DNA of 64,000 bases from Candidatus Aminicenantes bacterium (GTDB lineage Bacteria > Acidobacteriota > Aminicenantia > Aminicenantales > UBA4085), in assembly GCA_963803915.1 (NCBI GenBank), contig CAWDOL010000014.1, forward strand, positions 99,987-163,986. The letters are read 5' to 3'. This document shows, one piece after another, positions 43,016-55,361 of this stretch. The notes beneath the pieces are model-generated. The model saw nothing but the letters and a program-made list of their open reading frames with translations, searched no databases and was not told where the DNA came from. Position 1 is the stretch's first letter. The number at the start of each line of letters is the position of its first letter. The position numbers and the translations under genes are program-made.

Positions 43016-46000
43016 TGAATAGCCACACCCTGCGCGCCGCCGCCATTTTGTTCCTGGCCGTGATCCTGGCGGGCCCTCTCGCGGCCCAGAATCCGACCGC
43101 CTCCCTGCGGGGAAGGGTCGTCGAGCCGGGCGGGAAGCCGCTCGCGGACGTTTCGATCCTGATCTCGAGCCCGTCCTATCCAGGGGCAAGCCGAAGCTGC
43201 TCGACGGGCGCAGGCGGCGCCTTCGATTTCCTGGCCCTGCCGCCCGGCCTCTACGATCTGCGGGCCGACCTGCCCGGCCACAAGTCCTACCTCCGCAAGG
43301 CCATCGACTTGCGCACCGGGCGGACGGTCGACTTGAAGATCGTCCTCGAGCCCTCCGAGCTCGAGGAGGACGAGGTCGCCACAAGCCCGCTACCCGGGCT
43401 GGATGTCCTATCCACCAAGGGAGGGATGATCATCTCCCAGGCTCTCCTCACCGCTCTGCCCTTGCGCCGCGACATCCGCGACCTGCAGGCCATGGCGCCC
43501 GGGGCCGTTGCCGAGGACCGCCCCTACGACCGGGCCGTCTCGATCCAGGGCGGCAGCGCCCGGGCCCAGGGCTACATCCTGGACGGCGCCTTGCTGACCG
43601 ACCCGTCCTCCGGCTTCCCGGTCGGCAACCTCAACGTCGACATCATCGACCAGGTCGAGATCATCTCGACCGGCAAGCCCGCGGCCGAGGAGGCCGGGCG
43701 CGGGGCGATCATCCACCTCGTCAGCCGCTCGGGCGGCAACGCGGTCTCCGGCAGCCTGAGCTTCCACACCGCAAGCGATGCCCTGAGCTCGGATGGTTTC
43801 GACGCCGCGGCCGTGCAGGGCCTGGCGCTGGCCCCGTCGGACCGCGTTCTGAGCCTCAGAGACTTCTCGCTCAACCTGGGCGGCCCCCTGTGGGAGGACC
43901 GGGCCTGGTACTTCCTCAACGCCCGGCGCCTGACGACGGCCTGGCCCAACCCCTACAACCCGGGCGCCCGGCTGGCCGGGCTGACGGAGGGCGACGCCTC
44001 CCTCTTCGACCGCGACCAGTCGGAGTGGATGTTCTACCTGAAGACGACGATCAACGCCACGGGCCGCATCCGCTACACGGGCTCCTTCCACTGGAACAAC
44101 CTCTACCAGCCCGTGGACGAAGCCTCTATCGCCCCCGACACCGCCCTGGACGCCACCTGGATCCGGGACCATGAGAACGCCTACGCTACGACCCATAACA
44201 TCACCTTCGACCTGACCCCCAAGGTCCGGGTTGAGGTCCGCGGCACCTATGTCGAGCGCGACGTTCCGCAGCTCGTCCGCGACGACATCCAGTATGCCAC
44301 CGAGGACTTCAGCCGCAGGGTCACCTGGGGCTCCGCTCCCTACAACCTGCAGAGCGCCTACAAGAGGATGTCCGGCCAGGCCGGCCTGACCGCCTTCCTT
44401 GACCGCGTTCTCGGCGCCGATCACGTCCTGCGGGCCTCGGTGGCCATCGAGCAGTCCGACTCCCGTCGCGACTGGTGGAAGACCAACCCTTATTCCTCGA
44501 TGTGGTACGACTACGCCGCCGGCAACCCCTACTACGTCGACCCGGTCCGCTCCATCGGCCGCCTGCGCATCGCGGCCGGGCCGGCCGGCAAGGGCTACTG
44601 GCACGTCCAGGACAGCATCCGCCGCTTTTCCGCTTCCCTGGAGGACGGCATCCGAACCGGGCGCTTGGCCCTCAATCTGGGGCTGCGCTTCGACTTCAGC
44701 CAGGAGATCGTCCCGGCCCAGAGCCGGCCGACCCTGGCCTACGAGTACGCGCCCGAAAACTACGCCGCCGGCCTGACCGACAACGACTTACTGGAAGCCC
44801 TGATCCTGCCCATCAACGACGCCGGCGCCTATACGCCCTTCAACGAGCTGACCATCTACCAGAAGACCATCGCCTCGTTCCTGACCTTCGCGCCCCGGGC
44901 CGGGCTGTCCTACGACCTCTTCGGCGACGGATCCACGGCCCTCAAGCTGTCCTTCGCCCGGGACTACGAATCCCTCTGGACCGGCCTCTACGGCGCCGGC
45001 CACATCTTCGACCCCCAGTATGTCGAGTGGGATTGGTACGACCTGAACGGCGACAAGCTGATGGACCTGCCCGGTGTCGACGAATACGTCCTGCTGACGA
45101 CCCTCAACCAGGATCCGACCCTCAACCTCTTCCAGTATACCGATGCCTCCGGCGTGGAGCACAAGGCCAAAGCGCCCCGGTCCGACCTGTACACCGCCTC
45201 GCTCGAGCGCGAAGTCATGGCGGACTTCACCGTGGGCGCCCACTTCACCCTGCGCCGCACCTCGAACCTCCTCTCGCTGATCGACATCGTCAACGGCTAC
45301 GATCCCGCGGCCCGGGACGACAAAGGCCTGATCTGGCTGCCGATGACGGTGACCGACCCGGGGCGCGACTCGGCCGCTGGGCACCTCCGACGACCGCTCC
45401 CTGACGGTCTACGGCCTGCGGGCCGACCGCCCGGCCCCGGTCTACCGCTACGCCAACGTGCCCGAGGCGCGAGCAGAAGTACACGGCCGGGATCCTGACC
45501 TTCGACAAGCGACTGTCGCACGGCTGGCAGCTGGCCGGGTCCTTCACCATCAGCTCCTTCAAGGGCAACCTGGGCGCGGACGCCGCCTCCGGCTACGCCT
45601 CCACGGCCCGCTTCACCGACCCCAACGGCCTGACCAACGGCTACGGCCCGCTCTGGCTTGACCGGCCCTTCCAGGCCCGGATCATGGCCGGCGTCCAGCT
45701 CCCCTACGGCTTCTTCCTGGGGGGCTATTTCCGGTACATGTCGGGCGCGCCGTACGGCCGCAGCCTGGCCCGGGTCTATTTCCCCGAAGGCTACATGGGC
45801 TACGGGACGCGCACGCCCTACGTGACGGTGGCGGCGGAGGCTCCGGGCGTCGGGCGCGAGCCGGCCTTCAGCAGCCTGGACGTGCGGCTGCAGCGGGGAT
45901 TCCGGGTCGGCCGCGGCGGCCGGCTCGACCTCTACGTCGACGTCTTCAACCTGCTCGGGTCGAGCGCCCTGCTCGAGGACATGGACCCGGCCGGGGAGCT

Positions 46001-46109
46001 TCGTTCCGACCTGGCCCAAGCGACCTACACGGCCTCCCCCTCCTACGGATCGATCCTCTCCTACTACGGGGTCCGGACCATCCGCATCGGGGCCAAGCTG
46101 AACTTCTAG
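43016..46109 (+). CDS. Carboxypeptidase-regulatory-like domain / TonB-dependent-receptor-like outer membrane protein (frameshifted ~45370-45690)
   Basis: Signal peptide, then CarboxypepD_reg-like RGRVVEPGGKPLADVSILIS. Long beta-rich body. C-terminal barrel ending ...RIGAKLNF (terminal Phe). Confidence 0.6.
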
Positions 46110-46314
46110 CCTGATTATTCACGAGTCGAGAGGGCCGTAGATGCAAGGCGCGGAGGGTGACGCTGTGCTAGTCGCACTGCGAACCCTTCGCAACGAAGCA
46201 GATGCGGTCGGATCGGCTTGCCCGAACGGTAAAAACTCATTTTTTAAAATCTTGTTCGCTTATACCGAGTCGAGATCGTCCCATACATGCTCGGGATGAG
46301 CGAGGCAAGTACCG

Positions 46315-46638
46315 CTATCTGCGCCTCGGCGTCTGTATCGAATTTCCATAGAAATGCGAGACGCTCAGGCTTTTTTGACTCAAGGCATTAAAAACCGGAG
46401 TATATTCTTTACCCTCCGGGGATAATTTATGGACATAGCCGCCATTGAACGATTCCATCATGACGACGAATACATTCGACGCGAGGGGATTTTGTTTTTC
46501 CCGGGGAACATCCAACGCCGCTTTATGGACGATCGGCTCGGCCGAGCCGGCCAAACGGAAGGAGCCGACGAAATGATCGACGATCGATCGCAAAAAATAA
46601 GTCATGTCGTTGTAGGCATACAACGGAGTCGCCATCAT
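46315..46638 (-). pseudogene. Fragment of a sulfatase / LTA-synthase-family gene in a low-GC block (46140-46905)
   Basis: NVFVVMMESFNGGYV and TPVFNALSQKSLSVSHFYG resemble the alkaline-phosphatase-superfamily N-terminal catalytic region. Truncated on both sides. GC around 45-50%. Confidence 0.4.
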
Positions 46639-46907
46639 GCCCGCCAGGACAAGGAGGAGCCAAAGACGTCGTGCGTCCCTGGCGATTTTTTGTCCGGGAA
46701 ACCATCAAGCTTCGTCGATAGGCGACCCATGCCCAAACGATTCCTCCGCCAGCAGAAGCAATGCCAGCTTGATGATTGGACAGTTTGGGAGCGGGTGGAA
46801 GGTGCATAGCGAGCCCGCCGGCCGCGATCATTGTAGCTGCTTCTAAACCCGAACGCCATCGATTTCGGGATCCTCGAAGCGAAGGCGTTTGAGCTGGGTG
46901 GAACATG

Positions 46908-47790
46908 TTAGGCCGTCATCGCCGCCATCGGCATCATCGAAGCCGCCGTCCCGAAATACAGGGAGGCCGGTGTCCGATAATCCAGGGCTTCGTGAAGCCG
47001 CTCCTCGTTGTAAAATCGGAAGTAATCGCCTAAACGCTTTTTGGCTTCCGCCACCGTTTGGTACTCGTGCAGATAAACCTCCTCGTATTTCACCGAACGC
47101 CACAGCCGCTCGATGAAAATGTTGTCGTAGACTCGGCCGCGGCCGTCCATGCTGACCCGAATGTCGTTCTGTTCCAGGAGTCCCGTGAAATCGGCGCTCG
47201 TAAATTGCGAACCCTGGTCCGTGTTGAAAATCTTCGGCTTCGAGATCTGCAGCGCTTGCCGGACGGCATCCAAACAAAAGCCCTGGTCCAGCGTCGTCGA
47301 GAGCCTCCAAGACAACACATACCGGCTGTGCCAATCCATCACCGCGACAAGATAAGCAAATCCGGTCGCCATTCGGATGTACGTTATGTCGGTACACCAC
47401 GCCAAATCGGGAGCGTCGACCGTCAGCCCTTTCAACAGATAGGGATAAACCTTGTGTTCCGCGCCGTTTAACGACAGCCGCGGTTTCGGATAGATGGCCA
47501 TCAAGCCCATCATCCGCATCAGTCGGCTGACCCGTTTCCGGTTGACTTCGTAACCCTGCGTCCGCAGCCAGGCCTTCATCCGCCGCACACCGTAGAACGG
47601 ATGCCGCAGGAACTCCTCGTCAATCAGACGCATGAGCCGCAGGTTCAATTCCGATTCGCCCTCGGGTTGGTAATAAAACGACGAACGGGACATGTCCAAA
47701 AGCTCGCACTGCCGGACGATCGACACGGCGGGAGATCCCGGTTCCACGAGAGTCCGCTTTTTCTCTACAGGAGTTGTTGCGACTTTTTTT
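46908..47790 (-). mobile_element. IS3-family transposase OrfB (DDE integrase core), 5'-truncated element retaining the A9G slippery site but no orfA
   Basis: ...FYYQPEGESELNLRLMRLIDEEFLRHPFYGVRRM...TDQGSQFTS...IERLWRSVKYEE (rve/DDE). aaaaaaaaag at 47785-47794. Confidence 0.75.
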
Positions 47791-48770
47791 TTAACCAGTC
47801 CAGCTCGACCTTGACTGAAGTCGACCGCCTTCTTCTGGGCTTCCTTGCCCGTCTGGTTGACGACCGTGACGAGCAGCTGGTCCTTGCCCTTGCCCAGGCG
47901 GGCGATCTTGGCCGCGTCCAGGATGTCGATGGGCACGTCCATCAGGAACTCCTGGCCCGAGCGGGCCAGCAGCTCGTCCTCGGCCAGGCTGACCGGGAAC
48001 GAGGCCTTGGACTCGAAGACAAGCTCCTTGTCCCCCGTCCGCACCTCGACGGCCACCTCGAACGTCGTCCGCAGGCGCTTGGCCTCGGAGGTGAACCAGA
48101 TCAGGCCGTAGGGCAGGCGCAGGCGGACCCGGGCCGCGATCCGCGCCGGGCCGCGCTCGAGAAAGGACAGCTCGAGCTCGTAGTCGAACCTCTTGCTCCC
48201 GGCCGGCAGGAAGCCCGCGCCGGGCCGGCCGGCGCGCGACTGGGCCGTGAGCTGGGAGATATCCAGCTCCCGGATCGGGGACATGTCGAAGGTCGACAGG
48301 CGGTAGCGGCCGGTGCAGTTCGAGTCGATGAAGACGACCGGGAAGTTGCCGTAGTACCAGATTTCGCTGCAGCGCATCGAGGTCTGGATCCGGTTGGGCT
48401 GGGTGTCGCGCTCCGTGGGGGGCCCGTAGAGGACGTAAATGCGGCCCCGATCGGTAAGGTAGCCGTCCTGGCCTTCGCCGACGAAGAGCTTCGCCGCCGC
48501 TTCGATGCGGTTCTCGTACTCCGTCTTCAGCTCGTTCTCCTCGGTCGCCGGGTCCGGATCGCGCTTCCGCCAGAAGGCCTCGACGAAGGCGGGCTTCTCC
48601 GCCTCGGGGAGGGCGATGAAGTCGCGGCGCTCCTCGTTGCTGATCAGGTACCGGACCTTGGCCAGGAACGCGGCGTCGGCGGGAGCGAGCTCCGCCGCGG
48701 ACTTGAACAGGGAACAGGCGGGCAGAAGGGCCGCCAGGAGAAGAATCAGGACCGGGATCTTCGCTTTCAT
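47791..48770 (-). CDS. GWxTD-domain lipoprotein (3' end fused to or interrupted by the IS3 remnant)
   Basis: Lipoprotein signal MKAKIPVLILLLAALLPAC. RDFIALPEAEKPAFVEAFWRKRDPDP...GYLTDRGRIYVLYGPPTE (GWxTD-like). RBS GGGAGAGG. No stop before the transposase frame. Confidence 0.5.
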
Positions 48771-48791
48771 GGCCTCTCCCCGGCCGGCGCT

Positions 48792-49475
48792 ACAGAGCGC
48801 TGGCCTTGGCGTAGTAGCGGTCGATGAACTTGGCCTGCACTTCGTAGGACCAGTGGACGTCCCGGATATGGGCGGCGGCCTCGGTCCGGAGCCTCTTGCG
48901 CGAGGAGGGCCACCAGCTCGGCATGCTCGCCGATGGAGGCCAGCTCCCACTCCTTGACGAATCCCTCCAGACGGGGAAAATCGTAGAGTCGCTTCTTCAG
49001 GAAAGCCACCGTTCTTTTCAGGTAGTCGTTCCCGGAATGGCGGAGGAAGACGTCGTGGAAGGCCAGGTTCTTCTCGTAATAGCGGTCGAAGTCGTCGCCC
49101 CCGATGGCCGCCTTCATCTCTCCGTTCAGGCGCTCCATCTGCCCGCGTCTCCGCCTCGCCGAGACGGTCGAAGGCCGCGAGCAGGGCGGCGCTTTCCAGG
49201 GCCCCGATGACCTCGTAGATGTCGCGGATGTCCTGCAGCGTCAGGACGTTGACCACGACCTTGCGGCGGGGCAGGATGGTGACGAAGCCCTCCATCTCCA
49301 GCTGCAGCAGCGCGTCGCGCAGCGGCGTCTTGCTGACGCCCAGCCGCTTGGACGTCTCCTCCATGTCGATGGCCGAGCCCGGGCGCAGTCCGCCCGTCCG
49401 CATCTGCTCGCGCAGGTGCTCGTAGACCTGCTCTTTCAGCGACTTGATGTTGAGTATGGGCTTGGAGTCCGTCAA
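48792..49475 (-). CDS. GntR-family regulator with FCD (FadR C-terminal) domain, 2 frameshifts
   Basis: HTH LKEQVYEHLREQMRTGGLRPGSAIDMEETSKRLGVSKTPLRDAL. FCD domain in the 48767-49138 ORF. Terminal ...YYAKASAL in a third frame. Confidence 0.6.
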
Positions 49476-49624
49476 TGCACCCCTCCGAAGGGATTTCCGC
49501 CGTTGCAGGCTCGGCCGTCCCAGTATAAGCGAAGCCGGGTGGGGGGTTCAACTCGCCGCGGCCGGCCGCGCCTTGGGGCCGATCGCCGTCTGTGGGATAA
49601 TACGCCGGCGACAAGGAGCCTGCG

Positions 49625-50361
49625 ATGATCGAAATCCAGCATGTCTCGAAAAGCTACGCCAAGGGCAAGGTCAAGGCCGTCGACGACCTGACCCTGACCG
49701 TCCGGCCGGGCGAGATCTTCGGCTTCCTCGGCCCCAACGGGGCGGGCAAGACGACGACCATCAAGCTGATCGTCGGCCTGCTGCGGCCCGACGCCGGGAC
49801 GATCGCCGTGGCCGGCTGGGACAACCAGCGCGAGCCGCTGAAAGCCAAGGCAGTTACGACCTACGTCCCCGACACGCCCGAGATCTACGAGCGGCTGACC
49901 GGCCTGGAGTACCTCAACTTCATCGGCGACGTCTACGGTGTGCGCAAGTCCGAGCGGCTCGAGCGCATCCGCAAGTGGCTGGACGTCTTCGAGCTGGCCT
50001 CGGCCGTGTCCTCCCCCATCCAGAGCTACTCACACGGCATGAGGCAGAAGATCGTTCTCATCGCCGCCCTCCTGCCCGCGCCCCACGTCATGATCCTGGA
50101 CGAGCCGATGGTCGGCCTGGACGCCCGCGCCGCCCACCACATGAAGGAGATGATGCGGAGCACTGCGACCGCGGCGGGACGCTCTTCTTCTCGACCCACA
50201 TCATGGAGGTGGCCGAGCGGCTGTGCGACCGCATCGGCATCATCCACCGGGGCCGGCTGATCGCCTGCGGGACCATGGCCGAGCTGCGGGCCTCGCGCCC
50301 AGGCCGTGGACTCGGCCGGGACGTCGCTGGAGTCGATCTTCCTGGAGCTGACGGACCAATG
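49625..50361 (+). CDS. ABC transporter ATP-binding protein (2 frameshifts near 50160 and 50290)
   Basis: GPNGAGKTTT, YSHGMRQKIVLIAALL, ILDEPMVGLD, then FFSTHIMEVAERLCDRIGIIHRGRL in another frame. End ...LESIFLELTDQ. Confidence 0.75.
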
Positions 50362-52127
50362 AAGAAGCTGCTCTGCCTCGTCCGGCGTCGCCCTGCGGGT
50401 CAACTTCGGCCTGTCCGTCCTGCGGCCGCGGGAGATCCTGAAGAAGAAGAAGGACCTCTGGATGGTCGCCGCTGATCGGGCTCGGCCTGGTCGGCCTGGT
50501 CCCCGTCCTCGTCTACTATTTGAAAGGCCTCCGCTGGGTCTACAACCTGCTCGCCCCCATCGGCCAGCAGGCGGCCGTGCTGACCTTCGGCCTGCTGGCC
50601 GGGCAGTTCCTGATCCTCGTCTTCGGGTTCTACTACGTCATCTCGTCCTTCTATTTCTCCCGCGACCTGCCTCTCCTCGTCCCCCTCCCGGTGACGCCGA
50701 CCCAGGTCCTGCTGTCCAAGTTCACGGTCATCCTGGTCAACGAGTACGTGACGGCCGCTCCGCTCGTCCTGCCGGTCCTCATCCAGTACGGCCTCCTGTC
50801 CAAGGCCGGGCCCCGCTACTGGATCGAGGCCGTCCTGGTCTACCTGCTGCTGCCCGGTCATCCCCCTGGCCCTCGTCGCCCTCCTGGCCGTCGGCCTGAT
50901 GCGGGTGGTCAACGTCGGCCGCAAGAAGGACTTCCTGATCGTGGTCGGGAGCCTGATCCTGATGACCGCGGCGCTCGGGGGCCAGTACTCGCTCGAGCCG
51001 CTCCATGGGCGCGTCCGTCAACTCCGAGGCCATCGTCCGCCTGTTCGCCTCGCCCGACGGCTTTGTCCAGACCATCGGGGCCCGCTTCCCGCCCAGCGTC
51101 TGGGCCACCCGGGCCCTGGCCTTCGGCTTCCGCGCCCCCGGACCGGCCGGCGCCGCTGCTTTACCTGGGCCTGTCGCTCGGGCTTGTTCGCCGCTCATCC
51201 TGGCGCTTCGCGCCGCGTGTTCTACCGGGGCCTGATCGGGCTGAGCGAACGGCGGAACCCGGAGCAAAGCGCTGGGCCGCGGCACGCTCGAGCGCGAGCT
51301 CCGCGGCGGCCGGCGGCCGGTCCGGGCCGTCTTCATCCGGGAGCTGCGGATCATGAACCGGACGCCGATCTTCCTGCTCAACGGCGTGCTCTCGGCCGTC
51401 CTCATTCCGATCGTCTTCGTCGTGATGGGCAAGACCGGAACGCGGAACCGGCTCCGACTCGGCCCGCATCATCGGCCTCCTGGCCGTCGGCCAAGCCGGA
51501 GACGGCCATCCTGGGCACGGCCCTGTTCATGACCATCTGCGCCTGCCTCAACGGGACGGCGTCTTCGTCCTTCTCCCGGGAAGGCGCCCAGTTCTGGATG
51601 TCCAAGATCATTCCGGTCGCGCCGCGCGATCAGGTCCAAGGCAAGATCCTCCACTCCCTGGCCATCGCCGGGCTCGGGCTGGCCGCCGCCGCCGCGGCCG
51701 GCCCTTCGTCTTCGGCATGCAGCCCCTCCATCTGGCCGCCGCCCTGGCCGTGGCCCTGCCGGCGACGTTCGTGTTGACCGTGGTCAGCCTGATGATCGAC
51801 CTGGCCCGGCCTCTTCTCGTCTGGACCAACCCGCAGAAGGCCATCAAGCAGAACCTCAACGTCCTGCTGGCTTTCTTCGCCGACGCGGGAATTCTGTTTC
51901 TGGGCTTCTGGCTGGTCAGGGCCCTGGCCTCGACGGGGATGCGGACGGCCGTGCTGCTGGGCGCCGTGCTGGCCGTTTTCGCCGCGCTGGGGACGGCCGG
52001 CTACATCCTGCTGGGCGCCTTCGCCGAGCGCCGCTACGGGCCATCGAAGTCTAATCATCCCCAATGGGGCCTCGGCTCCGGCACGACGGCCCCCAAGATG
52101 CCGGGGGTCTACCAGAAGATGATGTAG
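50358..52127 (+). pseudogene. Large ABC transporter permease (~580 aa, polytopic), multiple frameshifts
   Basis: Start MKKLLCLV overlaps the ATPase stop (ATGA). Hydrophobic segments in the 50520, 50899 and 51717 ORFs. End MPGVYQKMM at 52127. Confidence 0.4.
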
Positions 52128-53654
52128 AGGACGAGCGTCGCGGCGATCAGAAGAGGCCCCATCCACTTGACGGCCCGGGCCGGGGTCATGTCGAAGCCCT
52201 GCTGGACCGGCATCGTCACCGGCACCTTGAGCGGCTTCAGTACTGTCATCACCGCCAGGACGACGAGCAGGATGACGAAGGTGATGGCCATCCTGTTGAG
52301 GAAGGCGATCGAGCGAGAACTTCCACATCAGCAAGCCGTAGATCGGAGCGTTGAGCAGGAGCGCGACCAGTCCGGCCGCGCGAGGCGTCTTCTTGACGAA
52401 CAGGCCGAAGATGAAGGCGGCCAGGATGCCGGGCGAGATGAAGCCCTGAAACTCCTGGATGTAGTTGAAGATGCCCTTGAACTTGGGGTTGCCGAGCTGG
52501 GGGGCGATGAGGCAGACGGCGACGACGAAGACGAGTGTCGACCAGCGGCCCAGTCGGAGCAGCGTCTTCTGATCGGCGTTCTTGTTGAGGTGCCGCTTGT
52601 AGATGTCCATGGTCAGGAGGGTGGCCACGGAGTTGAGGAGCGAGCCCAGGGTGCTGATGACCGCGCCGGCGATGGCCGCCAGGATGAAGCCGCGGATGCC
52701 GGGCCCGACGAGATTTTTGATCAGGAGCGGGTAGGCCTGGTCCGTGGTCGCCCCGGGTGCCGTAAGCTGCGCTTTGTACAGCTGCCAGGAGATGATCCCG
52801 GGCATGATGATGATGAAGGGAATGAAGAGCTTCAGCGCCGCGGCGAAGAGGATGCCGAGCTGTCCCTGCTTGAGGCTCTTGGCCGCCAGTGTTCTCTGGG
52901 TGATGAACTGGTTCAATCCCCAGTAGTAGAAGTTCGGGATCCACAGCCCCACGATCAGGGTCGTCCAGGGGATGATCGGGTGGTTCGCCGGCATGATGAC
53001 GTGCAGCTTGTCGGCGTTGGCCGAGACGAACAGGCCCACTCCCCCGACCGCCTTGAGGCCGACGATCAGGGTGACGATGCCGCCCAGGATCAGGGCCGAG
53101 CCCTGGAAGAGGTCGGCCCAGGCCACGGCCTTGAGCCCGCCCCAGGTCGTATACACGGCGGCCAGGATACCGATCAGCCAGACGGCCTTGACCAATTCGA
53201 GGCCGAAGATCGTGCTCAAGGCCAGGGCGCCCGTATAGACCACGGCCGCGATGCTGACGGCCACATACATGATCATCAGGAAGAAGGCCATCAGCCCGCG
53301 GGCCGCGGGCGTGTAGCGGTATTCCAGGTACTCGGGGATGGTGTAGATGCCGGCCTTCAGGAACTTGGGCAGGAAGAACAGCGCCACCACGACCAGGGTG
53401 ATGGCCGCCATCCACTCGTAGCAGGCCACGGCCAATCCGGCCGCGCCGGCGCCCTGGCCCGACATGCCGACAAAATGCTCGGTCGAGATGTTGGCCGCGA
53501 TCAGCGAAAAGCCGATCAGCGGCCAGACCAGGCTGCGACCGGCCAGGAAGAAATCCTCCCCCGAACGGCCTTTGCGGCTCTTGTACATGCTGACGCCGAT
53601 GACCAGGGCGAAGAAGGCGGCGAAGACGGTGACGTCGGCCCAATGCAGGTTCAT
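52109..53654 (-). CDS. Sodium:solute symporter family (SSS) transporter, frameshift near 52310
   Basis: MNLHWADVTVFAAFFALVIGVSMYKSRKGRSGEDFFLAGRSL, GLKAVAWADLFQ. The C-terminal last TM lies in the 52109-52291 ORF frame. Confidence 0.75.
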
Positions 53655-53878
53655 GGACGGCTCCTTGGGCGGCCGAGGACGGCCGGGATTGGCGGGAGGG
53701 CGGCGGGTTGCAGCACCGGACCCTATTATATCCGGCGCCCCGGGCTTGGCAACCGCGGGATTTGGGATACAATAAGCCCGCAGAACCGGAACGAAGCGAA
53801 GCTCTTGCCCCGATCGAAAGCGGGGGGCTTAGTAACGCGAAATGGAATAGCGCCGCCGCGGGGCGGGGGGAGTGACTC

Positions 53879-54265
53879 ATGGAAGAGCTCGACTACGCCG
53901 TGGCGTCTTCAAAGACGTTCGACCAGGCCGTTGACGCCGTGCTGGAAGGGGCCAAGAGGCAGGGATTCGGAGTCCTCCATATCCATGACGTCCAGGCCAC
54001 CCTGGCGGCCAAGGGCTTCGCCAGGGGCCCGCTAAAAATCATCGAGGTCTGCCACCCCAAGCATGCCTTCGACGTCCTGGCCAAAGACCCCAAGATTTCG
54101 CTGATGCTGCCCTGCCCGATCAGCGTCTATGTCGAAGGCGAAACGACCACGGTCTGCGCCCTCAAGCCCAAGCTGATGGGCTTGTTCTACCCGGAGGCCG
54201 GAATATCCGAAACGGCGGCCGCCGTCGACGGCGCCATCCGGGCCATTGTCGATACGGCCCGCTGA
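53879..54265 (+). CDS. DUF302 domain protein
   Basis: 128 aa (MEELDYAVASSKTFDQAVDAVLEGAKRQGFGVLHIHDVQATL...), DUF302 fold signature. Confidence 0.55.
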   Translation: MEELDYAVASSKTFDQAVDAVLEGAKRQGFGVLHIHDVQATLAAKGFARGPLKIIEVCHPKHAFDVLAKDPKISLMLPCPISVYVEGETTTVCALKPKLMGLFYPEAGISETAAAVDGAIRAIVDTAR

Positions 54266-54281
54266 ACGACCGGAGTCCGAT

Positions 54282-55361
54282 GTGACCAAACGCGAGGTGG
54301 TCAAAGCCGCCCTCCGGGGCGAGCGGCCGCCCTACGTGCCCTGGTCGTTCCGATTCACCAAGCAGGCGCGCGACGTCCTGCGGGTTCGCCTTGAAACGGA
54401 TGACGTGGAGGGAGCCGTCGGGAACCACATCCTCGAGCTGGGTTCGGACATCGGCTTCTTCGACGACCTGGGCGGCGGACGCTTCCGCGACGCCTTCGGG
54501 GTGGTCTGGAACCGGACCGTGGACAAAGATATCGGCGCCGTCGAACGCCCAATCCTGCCGGGGCCCAGCCTGGCGGGCTATGTCTTCCCCGATCCGCTGG
54601 ACCCCCGCTTCTTCGCCGACATCAAAGGCAAAATCCGCCGGGCGCCGGATCGCTACCGGCTGTTCTGCCTGGGCTTCTCGCTCTTCGAGCGGGCCTGGAC
54701 GCTGCGCGGCCTGGAGAACCTGCTGGCCGACTTCGCCGAGAATCCGGCCTTCGTCCGCGACCTGCTGAGCGCCGTGGCCGACTACGCCGTGGCCCAGGTC
54801 CGCGAGGCTGTGCGCTTCGACATCGACGCCGTCTATTTCGGCGACGACTGGGGCCACCAGACCGGGCTGATGATGGGGCGGCGGGCCTGGCGCGAGTTCC
54901 TGCGCCCCGCTCTGGCCCGCATGTTCGGCGCCGCGGCCGAAGCCGGCAAGGCCGTCTTCCTCCACTCCTGCGGCAAGGTCGACGAGCTGTTCGACGACCT
55001 GGCCGACATGGGATTGACCTGCTTCAACCCTTTCCAGCCCGAAGTCATGGAGATCGCCGCCCACTATGCCGGCCGGCGCGGGCGGCTGTCTTTCTGGGGC
55101 GGCCTGTCCACGCAGAAGACCCTGCCTTTCGGCACGGAGGCCGAGGTGCGGCACGAGTCGCACCGCCTGCTGGCCATGGGCGCCCCCGGCCATTACATCT
55201 TTTCCCCCTCCCACGCCGTGGCGGGGGACGTCCCCCCGGCCAACATGCTGGCCTTCATCCAAGCCGCGCAGTCCCAGCCCGGGGCCGCGGAAGCGCCGGC
55301 CCACCCGCGGTCGGTGCCCTGGTTCCGTCCCGCGGACGAGGATGATATCATAGGCATATGA
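54282..55361 (+). CDS. Uroporphyrinogen-decarboxylase (URO-D) family protein (HemE/MtaA-like; no heme-pathway context here)
   Basis: URO-D TIM-barrel signatures (PYVPWSFRF, ...DDWGHQ...). GTG 54282 chosen (TTG 54246 in track). Confidence 0.65.
   Translation: MTKREVVKAALRGERPPYVPWSFRFTKQARDVLRVRLETDDVEGAVGNHILELGSDIGFFDDLGGGRFRDAFGVVWNRTVDKDIGAVERPILPGPSLAGYVFPDPLDPRFFADIKGKIRRAPDRYRLFCLGFSLFERAWTLRGLENLLADFAENPAFVRDLLSAVADYAVAQVREAVRFDIDAVYFGDDWGHQTGLMMGRRAWREFLRPALARMFGAAAEAGKAVFLHSCGKVDELFDDLADMGLTCFNPFQPEVMEIAAHYAGRRGRLSFWGGLSTQKTLPFGTEAEVRHESHRLLAMGAPGHYIFSPSHAVAGDVPPANMLAFIQAAQSQPGAAEAPAHPRSVPWFRPADEDDIIGI

Noticed and set aside
46908-49475. Single 855-aa protein
   Set aside because: It is a chimera of three unrelated units (GntR/FCD regulator, GWxTD lipoprotein, IS3 OrfB). 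They are joined only because no stop intervenes in that frame and the GntR gene is frameshifted.
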